From sequence record OR413578.1: DNA of 64,000 nt; one strand, written 5' to 3'. Each line of letters starts with the position of its first letter. Position 1 is the stretch's first letter. This document shows, piece by piece, positions 10,674 through 18,062 of this stretch. Both the position numbers and the translations under genes were made by a program. Under the pieces are notes generated by a model, which was not told where the DNA came from, ran no database searches, and saw only the letters and a list, made by a program, of their open reading frames with translations.

Positions 10674-11260
10674 AATCTTATTTTTTTATTTTTTTGGTTA
10701 CTTTTTAACCAACCGGTTAAAGGGGTCTGGGAAGCATCAGAAAACGATTAGGTGGTATCGATGTAGGGTAGCTCGTTTTTGGCAGTTTATCGTTTTCTAG
10801 GGTCGGTTACGTGCGTTTTAGAGGGGGTAATGTATCGAGACAGAGAATTTATTTTTGTCGGGGCGAGGAAATTCAGGGAATGGGGATTCAGGATTGTATG
10901 TTTTTTAACCAGTTATTAAAAACGCTCTAGAAAGCGCTAGAACGAGATTTAACTCAGACCCAGTACACTTGGGTTCCCTATACCGGAAAATCGCGCCAGC
11001 GGGCCGCTGAGAGCGCGAGAGTGCCATTCCCGTTTCGGTTCCGAGGTGACGGTCGCGGCCGGCGACGACGATCACACGTTGGGTAGCACTTCGTGCCATG
11101 TCTGGGTGAAAACTGGATCGTTCTGTAACCGACACACACTGTCGGTTACTTACGAGTTCTTTGGGTTGTTTAACTCGCTCTAAAATCCCCCTTAGGGGAT
11201 AATTTAATCTAATTCTCAAAATTTCTTTTTAAAACAATCACTTAGATTGTTTTTTAGATT

Positions 11261-11482
11261 GATCCTGTGGATCGGGTCGAAGACCCTTTCCTTATACGCG
11301 TGCGCGTGCGCACACCCGTATCCTCCAGGATCTTTTAAAATATATAATAATATTAAATATAATAATACCTTTAGGTATTATATTTAATTATTATAATTAT
11401 TTATATAAATAAATATATTAATATATTAAGATCTTAAAACGCGTGCAGGCGCGCGCGTGATCCTTATTAAGAGATCGTGATC
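11261..11482. other. Origin-like element: ~96% AT core flanked by 7 GATC sites
   Basis: 11333-11429 has 4 G/C in 97 nt; GATC at 11261, 11270, 11329, 11430, 11459, 11473, 11479; internal inverted repeat ATAATACCT-TT-AGGTATTAT. Confidence 0.5.
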
Positions 11483-11519
11483 GGACGGAAGACCGAGATT
11501 GTGTACCCTGTGTATTTTT

Positions 11520-12340
11520 TACGTGGTTTACCTATCGTGTGTTCAGACCACCACTCGATGTCCAAAAACCCATAGCTTCGGTGGTCGCCTCCCTGGTCGG
11601 TAGACTCTGACAAGTCGACCCACAACACCAACCCGTCCGGGGACGGATTTTTATTCCAACGACAAGCTCCACGAAAATCCCCGCAGAGGGACTCACTGCT
11701 GTGTGACTCACCGGCTCCTGGACGCCTACGCCTCGAGCCGGTAATTTTTTGATTACGTGAGTTTGTTGTTATATGCGAATAGCGATTGACCGCGCCAATG
11801 GTCCAATCACTTTTAAACCCTGCACGCTAGGGCTCCAAGTCCTGGGACTGTTACCCAGGACGCTTTTTCGAAAATACCTACCGTGGTGTCTTCGACAAAG
11901 CGCAATCTAACACTGCGTGATTTATTATGTTCTGGAAAACTTTCGCCGTGGAACAGAACCGGTGAGCGTCGGCGGGGATTCCGACAATCACCACCCATTC
12001 AGGTACTCGGTAAATAACCGGGCTATCGGCTTAAACGTCGAGGGCCTCGTTGGCACTGCAAGCGCCGGTGCATCCAGGACCGAGTTAGCCGTGGCAGCTC
12101 CAGAGGACTGGGCAGCGGAGAGACGTCGTTGAACTTACCTCCGATAGTCAGTCGCTGATTCCGCTCTGGGGTGCGGCCAGATTAAAATCGAATTCGGCGT
12201 TGCGTCGAAGCGTGGGTCTGCGTGTAGAACCGCAGACTTGGGGGATGATCTCCAGATGGAGGTGGTCAAAATATCTTGACTGCTCGGAACAGACGAGAGG
12301 GGTGGGTACTCCCGTTGTGAAACGCCAGTACCTGGCTGAT
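11520..12340 (+). ncRNA. Candidate long structured non-coding RNA region (strand uncertain)
   Basis: No convincing CDS; more than a dozen hairpins, e.g. ACCGGCTC/GAGCCGGT, GTCCTGGG/CCCAGGAC, GTCTGCG/CGCAGAC, CGTT-GTGA-AACG, long-range GCTATCGG/CCGATAGT. Confidence 0.45.
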
Positions 12341-12393
12341 TAAAATTTACAGATTCTGCGTGAGGTATGATAAACCAAACGGAGAATTAAACC

Positions 12394-12969
12394 ATGAACT
12401 TGTATCGCATCGGGTTTTACCGAAACGAGATGCCTGAATCGGTTTTGGTTGTCTTAGCCGAAAACGAGGAGCAGGCCAAATCCTTCTGGCCGGTTAGCGC
12501 AGAGCGTCCAGCGGTTGCGTGCTGCTACGACGGCGCTGTGTCTACCCCGATGGTTACGCCTGGGGTGGTTCTGAAGCAAGGCCGTTGGGATGATTATTCC
12601 CATCCCGGTTTGGAATTTGTTTCCGAATCCGCCAGACACACCTGGAATCTCACCACGGGTAAAACCAGAGTGTACTTCGGCCACCAAGCCAAGCAACCGT
12701 CGCTCATCAAGCTGTACCTGGTTTACAGCGACGTCGCTACCGAAGACTATGTCGACACCGGAATCATCGTCGGGGCAACAACCCCCGAGGCGGCATTCGC
12801 ACATTGGGACGGTGATAAACCCGGAATCGTTTCGGTCTGTGAGCTACCACTTGAAGCCGGTTTGGTTACGAACATCAAGTGTGAGCAAGGCCAGGAGCTG
12901 ACTTGGATGCGCCAGGATTACCTGACGGAAACGACATTCGAGTACACACCGAGGAAGGTGGCCCAATGA
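12394..12969 (+). CDS. Hypothetical protein with an internally duplicated domain
   Basis: SD GGAG; two related halves (MNLYRIG...VLAENEEQA and IKLYLVY...VGATTPEAA). Confidence 0.8.
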   Translation: MNLYRIGFYRNEMPESVLVVLAENEEQAKSFWPVSAERPAVACCYDGAVSTPMVTPGVVLKQGRWDDYSHPGLEFVSESARHTWNLTTGKTRVYFGHQAKQPSLIKLYLVYSDVATEDYVDTGIIVGATTPEAAFAHWDGDKPGIVSVCELPLEAGLVTNIKCEQGQELTWMRQDYLTETTFEYTPRKVAQ

Positions 12970-13457
12970 CGACGATAGCGTTCGATGGAAAAGTCTTAGC
13001 TGCTGACGGTCAGCTGACCCGCGGGTCGAATATCTGCAACCTGAACACCCAGAAGTTATTCATCTGCCCTTCTGACGAGGAATGGTGGATTACTGGTGAA
13101 CGGATTGTGGCGTTCGGAGTAAGCGGTGACATCACAGGACAGTTGGCCCTGCTGGAAACTATCCGCTTGAGACCTGGTTACAAGGGGTTAACGCAAAGCT
13201 CGCAGTTACCTGCGAAGATGGATTTTACTTTCCTGATGCTTCTGGCCTCAGGGAAAGCGATAGTCGGTGGGAAGCGTGAAGACGACGTGACGTTGTGGTG
13301 GAGTGAAGCCACACCACCTCTGGCAACCGGAAGTGGTTACGAGTATGCGTTGGGTGCGATGAAGATGGGCGCGAATGCGGTTCGTGCTGTTGAGATTGCG
13401 TCCGAATGCGATATCTACACCGGTGGTGAGATTAGCACTTACGAACTACGGAGGTGA
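12966..13457 (+). CDS. Ntn-hydrolase (HslV/proteasome-beta-like) peptidase
   Basis: ATGA coupling; N-terminus MTTIAFDGKVLAAD, then GSG..YALGAM and D..TGG, typical of the phage HslV-like family. Confidence 0.75.
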   Translation: MTTIAFDGKVLAADGQLTRGSNICNLNTQKLFICPSDEEWWITGERIVAFGVSGDITGQLALLETIRLRPGYKGLTQSSQLPAKMDFTFLMLLASGKAIVGGKREDDVTLWWSEATPPLATGSGYEYALGAMKMGANAVRAVEIASECDIYTGGEISTYELRR

Positions 13458-13460
13458 ATC

Positions 13461-13511
13461 ATGCGGGAGTCAGAAGCACGCAAGCTTGACCCCATCAATC
13501 GCCTGCGATAA
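13461..13511 (+). CDS. Putative 16-aa micro-ORF (MRESEARKLDPINRLR)
   Basis: Strong SD GGAGGTGA overlapping the upstream stop codon, just before the ATG; not in the ORF track. Confidence 0.4.
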   Translation: MRESEARKLDPINRLR

Positions 13512-13550
13512 CGGGGTAGCGCATCCGTATAAACACGTTTAAAGAATTCT

Positions 13551-13626
13551 GGGGGTATGGCGCAATTGGTAGCGCACCGGTCTCCAAAACCGAAGGTTCG
13601 AGGTTCGAAACCTCGTGCCCCCGCCA
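13551..13626 (+). tRNA. trnW: tRNA-Trp (CCA)
   Basis: Full cloverleaf: GGGGGTA/TGCCCCC acceptor, GCGC D-stem, loop CTCCAAA, T-arm CGAGG-TTCGAAA-CCTCG, encoded CCA. Confidence 0.95.
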
Positions 13627-13690
13627 CATTTAGCCAACGAATTCAGGTTCAACACAGAAGACACAGATCTGTCAACTGTTGGAGAACAAC

Positions 13691-13933
13691 ATGAATTTGT
13701 ACTTGCTAGAACGAACTGACGATATCGGGTATGATGAATTTGATTCCATAATCGTGGCGGCTCCTACGGAGCAAGCCGCGTGTGCAATTCCTCCCGACTG
13801 TGGTCATTGGATGGACTGCCGCTGGTTACCGAAAGAGCGCTGGGATGAAGGGCTTACCCTGACCGTTACTCTTATCGGTACTACGCACTATCCTGCTGGG
13901 ACCGTCGTTCATGAATCGTTCAATGCTGGCTAA
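13691..13933 (+). CDS. Hypothetical protein, single-domain paralog of the 12394 repeat
   Basis: SD GGAG; MNLYLLERTDDIGYDEFDSIIVAAPTEQAA. Confidence 0.8.
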   Translation: MNLYLLERTDDIGYDEFDSIIVAAPTEQAACAIPPDCGHWMDCRWLPKERWDEGLTLTVTLIGTTHYPAGTVVHESFNAG

Positions 13934-13935
13934 AC

Positions 13936-13953
13936 AGTGGGCTTCGGCCCACT
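13936..13953. terminator. Hairpin with UUCG loop (terminator or stability element)
   Basis: AGTGGGC-TTCG-GCCCACT right after the stop codon; no clear U-tract. Confidence 0.55.
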
Positions 13954-14207
13954 AACCCTATTCGAGCCGTGATACTTACTCAGATTGTGCGGGTTGATGT
14001 CCCGCATGAGCCGGTAGCAGCTCAGACCTACGGTAGACCAATAAATCCGTAGCAGCCAGGTACACAAAGCACCAGGTCGCTTGTACAGGATGCTGGGTAT
14101 CTGACCGGTCATAACCTCATTCGATACGAGACACGTTTATGCATGAAATACTCCAGTACATCAGGATGTTGATTTCCAACGTCCGGTTCTGGGTATTCAA
14201 TCATGTT

Positions 14208-14332
14208 TGGTTTACAGGCGATGGGTTTTCCCGCAAGGGCCCCACTTACAGACTGGCGTCTCCACGACAACCGTCCCTAGGGGACAGGCAAGCACCGGCC
14301 CATTAAGCCGCCACGCTACGCCTGTAAATCCA
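14208..14332 (+). ncRNA. Candidate 125-nt structured RNA ending in CCA
   Basis: TTTACAGGCG (14211-20) pairs with CGCCTGTAAA (14319-28); internal CCC-GCAA-GGG and GTCCC-TAG-GGGAC hairpins; possible pseudoknot. Confidence 0.5.
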
Positions 14333-14714
14333 CAATCTGATAACCGAATGGGATTGAGTTCCCAGTGTTAGGGTGACTGTGTGTCACCGTAGGCGCGGTA
14401 CCTCATACGGCCGGTACGCCACGAATGTACGTGATAGCGGGTGGTGCTTGGAGGCGCTAAGACCTGACCTTACGGCCAGGCTCAGAAGAAGAAGTCCATC
14501 ACCCGCATTCAGAAATGAATTTAGGTTAATTATTATTTATGGAAGTGATGAAATCGTTTACGTGATAACTTAGTAGTATGCAACGAACAATACCAGAGTG
14601 ACTTTACGAGGTTACTGTGGTATATGTCGGTGCTCCGGGCAACGTGTTGCCGCAGATAAGCCCGAGGGAGCTGAGTGCACTAACACACGCCGGGATGCAC
14701 CGGCACCTTACAAT

Positions 14715-14796
14715 GGGAGCGCTGTCACCATCAGTGATGACTGGAGTGAAGGATTCGTACCTCACTCGACTGGGCGGAAGCCTGGGCGTTCCCCCA
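14715..14796 (+). ncRNA. Candidate four-way-junction tRNA-mimic RNA ending in CCA
   Basis: GGGAGCGCT/GGGCGTTCCC closing stem, three internal hairpins, 3' CCA. Confidence 0.45.
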
Positions 14797-14977
14797 TCTT
14801 CACATCATGGCCGGCTTGCCGGTTCAACGTAGACGTCTCGTAAGAGATTTCCAGTCAGGCAACTGATAACACACCTAAGCGTCGACCTGGACGTATGGTG
14901 TCTGGTTAAGTCCCCCGAAACGGAAACCAGTAGGGGTGTGGTACGTTGAGTGTAACTATCATGATGCCATGAACAAT

Positions 14978-15047
14978 GGCTTTGTAGCTCAGGTAGGTAG
15001 AGCAACCTCTTCGAGGAAGGTCGCCGGTTCGAGTCCGGTCAAAGCAA
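14978..15047 (+). ncRNA. tRNA-like element with truncated anticodon arm (pseudo-tRNA)
   Basis: Acceptor GCTTTG/CAAAGC, D-arm GCTC..GAGC and T-arm GCCGG-TTCGAGT-CCGGT are intact; anticodon arm is 13 nt (ACCTCTTCGAGGA) instead of 17; no CCA. Confidence 0.75.
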
Positions 15048-15128
15048 GAGCAGCGAAGTTAGAGGAATTAACACCCGACTCATAATCGGATATTTCGACG
15101 GTTCGAATCCGTCCGTTTGCTCGCCCCA
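15048..15128 (+). tRNA. Atypical tRNA with CAT anticodon (Met or Ile2) and a bulged acceptor stem
   Basis: Anticodon arm CCCGA-CTCATAA-TCGGA, T-arm GACGG-TTCGAAT-CCGTC; acceptor GAGCAGCG/CGTTTGCTC pairs only with a bulge; 3' GCCCCA. Confidence 0.65.
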
Positions 15129-15131
15129 TTT

Positions 15132-15413
15132 GTGTTACCCTTATCCCGAAGGCATTCGAATTAAGACGCGTATCCACACACGGGTCAAGGGTAACACGAA
15201 CCACTTCCGCGGTCACCGTGTCCATTGCCGCCTACCTGCATGGGCTGTCCTCCGACACGGTGACTTCGGGCCAACTTACAGGCCAGGGCCGTTTGGGTTT
15301 TTCTTACGCATCCATCCAGAGCCACCTCGCGCCCTAGTCTGTATACCCCTTTTCTGTTCCTGGTTTGCCAACTAAATCAATTAAGCCTGGTGCGTTGCCC
15401 TGGGAACAGAAAA
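15132..15413 (+). ncRNA. Three stem-loop modules, each closed by a perfect 11-bp stem
   Basis: GTGTTACCCTT/AAGGGTAACAC (15132-15197), GTCACCGTGTC/GACACGGTGAC (15212-15264), TTTTCTGTTCC/GGAACAGAAAA (15350-15413). Confidence 0.5.
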
Positions 15414-15501
15414 ACTTATTCGGTTACACACCGAACCCACCCACGAGGGATATGTCGTGGACTACCAATAGAAGCAGCAATAGTAGTAAGAAGGAAGCAA
15501 C

Positions 15502-16323
15502 ATGTTTACAGTTAAACGTGTAATTGATGGTGACCGCATTATTACCGAACATGAAAAAGTTCGTATCGGTGACCGTAAGTCTCGTGTATTCCGCGAGGCG
15601 TTAAAAATGCTCGAGAACGAGCGCTTCGACATCGTTGTCGATGATGAAAAGTTAGCCCTTAATCCGGGGTTAAAACGCGTTGCCCCTGATGTGCCTGATC
15701 CGAACACCATGCATTTGTCTGACTACTGCAGCTGGTCGCACAGATTATATAAAAGTCAGGTTTATGCACACACGTATTTGCGGCAGCTTTTCCCCAACCT
15801 TATTATCCCCGATTTGGAAACGGTCGAGGTGTTTAACTGCAACGCACGCGAGTTTATTAGCTACGTGCTAGATAATAAGGGCAATGCTATCTTGGTACTG
15901 GACACAAATTCCCGCATACCTGATGCTGTGGCTAGCATACGTGGTGAAATCATCGGTTACGGTACTCCCCCAGAGAAATTAGGCTGGTACAAACCATCTC
16001 CTGATAGCGACATGGCGATCATTGTCTACACTCAGGAAGAACTGCAACAAGTCGAATTAGAGCCTGGTCCATCTATCGAGTTCACTGATGTCCAGGAGCA
16101 GTCGCAGTGGATTAACGGTGAGTCTGTTGTTACTGTTTTAAAAGGCGCTCGCCCTGGCGACCGGTCAGTCGATGAACTGATTGGCGCAATGTGCATCGAA
16201 GAAGAATCTGGATACGATCCTGATAACCAGATCAGTACCGGTGCGTTGTACGAACTGTTTTATAAAGGCGACGAAGTCTACGTGGTTAACTCTCACGGTA
16301 AGACTACCGACGTCCTTCGCTGA
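15502..16323 (+). CDS. Hypothetical protein
   Basis: 273 aa; SD AAGGAAG. Confidence 0.8.
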   Translation: MFTVKRVIDGDRIITEHEKVRIGDRKSRVFREALKMLENERFDIVVDDEKLALNPGLKRVAPDVPDPNTMHLSDYCSWSHRLYKSQVYAHTYLRQLFPNLIIPDLETVEVFNCNAREFISYVLDNKGNAILVLDTNSRIPDAVASIRGEIIGYGTPPEKLGWYKPSPDSDMAIIVYTQEELQQVELEPGPSIEFTDVQEQSQWINGESVVTVLKGARPGDRSVDELIGAMCIEEESGYDPDNQISTGALYELFYKGDEVYVVNSHGKTTDVLR

Positions 16324-16413
16324 ATTAGCTAACGCCCAGTAGCTATGTTCCTGACGATTAGCCCTCGTCTGACCTTGTAAGACCTTGTAGATTTACATGC
16401 CAACACCAGGGAA

Positions 16414-16437
16414 GTCCTCACTCTTCGGAGTGAGGAC
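16414..16437 (+). terminator. Intrinsic terminator with UUCG loop
   Basis: GTCCTCACTC-TTCG-GAGTGAGGAC followed by T-rich sequence. Confidence 0.8.
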
Positions 16438-16471
16438 AACTCTTTTATTTTTTTGTATTCCAAATATTCAC

Positions 16472-16486
16472 AGATAGATATTACCT
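16472..16486 (+). promoter_or_regulatory. Recurrent intergenic motif AGATAGATATTAYCT (candidate early promoter)
   Basis: Same core also at 19439, 27351, 27444, 35941, 41100; resembles the phiKZ early TATTAC motif. Confidence 0.55.
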
Positions 16487-16545
16487 AAGTGAGATGAGAA
16501 AGCCTCATCTGAATTCCCCCAACTCGACTATAAAAGGTAAGCATC

Positions 16546-17493
16546 ATGTACAGACCAAGTAATCCTAGTGCTATTGAAGGATTAAACCAGGATGGCTTCA
16601 GCCTCGCAGAAGCAACCCGCATTCGACCTTTCTTACCTCGCAGATTCTTCCCTTTCGGTTCGTTATACAGAACGAATTTCGACGCTTGGGAAGCGATACG
16701 TGCTGTAAAAGATGCACTACAGTACAAGAACTTCGAATTCCGATTTGTTTTCAAATGGGGCAACGGCGAATTGCTCCACCACTTCGGATTCCAACAGAAC
16801 GAGTTCATTGAGTATACCTCACCTACGTACCACACCAGGTTCTTAAGTATCGAATTCGTTCGCCATTTCGGCGATGCACTCTTTACGGAACGGGCTACAG
16901 ATGAAAACCACGGACGTAGGCTGATGTTAACGAACGGCGCACTGCGCATCAAGATGAATCGTTTACGGGAAGCGTATAACCAGCTTATCAATCCTGAACC
17001 GGTAATGTTTCCAACTGTAGCTGATTTGAACATTACACCGCTCCAGTTACCTGTGGATGTGGATAGACCGATTCTGGCAATCCACGCTCTCCAGGCAGGC
17101 TATGCAAACTGGTATAAAGAGCACAGTCTCCCGAACATCAGATTGAACATCGCACCGTTTGAGTTGTGCCTGTTCTTAACGTTACGCAAACAGCTCGAGC
17201 CAGAAAACTTAGACTTACGTTATCTGGCTAAAACAGATAGCGGTAGTTACTACCCAACGACCTGGATGCTGGCGGCTGTACTACCCGGCGGTGAAATTAT
17301 CGGTAACCCAGTCACCGATGTTCAACAGTTACCATCACCGTTAGCACCACCGAAAGATTCAATCTATCCGTACGCTTCGTGGTACGCGAGCAGTATTGGC
17401 GTGAGATGGTTAATGTTACACGTTCCTGAAGAGGTCTATAATTTATTCCCGCATGAGCAATGGCTCCGTGCGTATGAAAATCGGTTTGGTTAG
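16546..17493 (+). CDS. Hypothetical protein
   Basis: 315-aa ORF between the motif-bearing intergenic region and a terminator. Confidence 0.75.
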   Translation: MYRPSNPSAIEGLNQDGFSLAEATRIRPFLPRRFFPFGSLYRTNFDAWEAIRAVKDALQYKNFEFRFVFKWGNGELLHHFGFQQNEFIEYTSPTYHTRFLSIEFVRHFGDALFTERATDENHGRRLMLTNGALRIKMNRLREAYNQLINPEPVMFPTVADLNITPLQLPVDVDRPILAIHALQAGYANWYKEHSLPNIRLNIAPFELCLFLTLRKQLEPENLDLRYLAKTDSGSYYPTTWMLAAVLPGGEIIGNPVTDVQQLPSPLAPPKDSIYPYASWYASSIGVRWLMLHVPEEVYNLFPHEQWLRAYENRFG

Positions 17494-17507
17494 TAGTCGA
17501 TGCTTTT

Positions 17508-17527
17508 GAGGGAACTTCGGTTCCCTC
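17508..17527 (+). terminator. Intrinsic terminator with UUCG loop
   Basis: GAGGGAAC-TTCG-GTTCCCTC followed by a long T-tract. Confidence 0.85.
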
Positions 17528-17578
17528 TTTTTTTTCTTTTTTCACGACTGCCTCAGAATCTTATAGGAGGAAGTTACC

Positions 17579-17995
17579 ATGATTACGCAGTGCTACTACC
17601 AGACGCAAGATTTATTTAAAGCATTGGAAGAAAATAAGCTACCCACGACTTTAAGACCGCAGTGCAGTTATTCAAGAATGCTTGCAAGTGAGGTCTTTCC
17701 GGTGCTAATGCAGTTGCCTCAATTCCAACCGTGGCTCGACTCGCTAGATGTGGTAGATGTTGTGGCTATCTACACTGGGTCAGACACACCAACAATAAAT
17801 ACAAGCGAGTGTTTATCCCGTAGCGAATCGTCGGCGATAAATGAAATGCCGCAGCTAATGCCTTCTTTATTCGATTCGATGTGCGCTGCAGTTATGCAGA
17901 AACGACTACCTTATGAGGAAGTATTCGCCATTGTGTTAGACAGCATCCACGCAATGAATTATAAACACTATAAAACCCTCGGAACCTTACACTGA
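17579..17995 (+). CDS. Hypothetical protein
   Basis: 138 aa; SD AGGAGG. Confidence 0.8.
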   Translation: MITQCYYQTQDLFKALEENKLPTTLRPQCSYSRMLASEVFPVLMQLPQFQPWLDSLDVVDVVAIYTGSDTPTINTSECLSRSESSAINEMPQLMPSLFDSMCAAVMQKRLPYEEVFAIVLDSIHAMNYKHYKTLGTLH

Positions 17996-18062
17996 CTTTT
18001 TTACGGCAGGCACCTATCTTGTAGGGAGTCTGTGCTGTAATAGATTCCAAAGGAGATGCTCG

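Noticed and set aside
12095-12150. Group I intron P7-like pair (GACTG/TAGTC) with a P8-like stem
   Set aside because: No P3 partner, no P4-P6 consensus and no interrupted gene.
12012-12160. RNase P RNA resemblance (AACCGGGCTATCGG; CCGATAGTCAGTCGCTG) suggesting a permuted rnpB
   Set aside because: There is no GAGGAAAGUCC (CR I) or P4 partner strand, and the CR V-like segment is tied up in a local hairpin.
13930-15375. Short ORFs in the structured island (13930-14112, 14373, 14598, 14617, 14805, 14989, 15130) and 11917-12132
   Set aside because: They lack properly spaced SDs, are not protein-like in composition, and overlap tRNA-like or structured elements.
11520-15480. tmRNA, or theta/HDV ribozyme directly after the tRNAs
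   Set aside because: No Ala-acceptor plus T-arm ends with a tag ORF, and no HDV-like topology immediately 3' of the tRNAs by eye; a covariance search could overturn this.
16324-16410. Small intergenic hairpins and a GACCTTGTA direct repeat
   Set aside because: The stems are short and could be chance features of a 3' UTR before the terminator.
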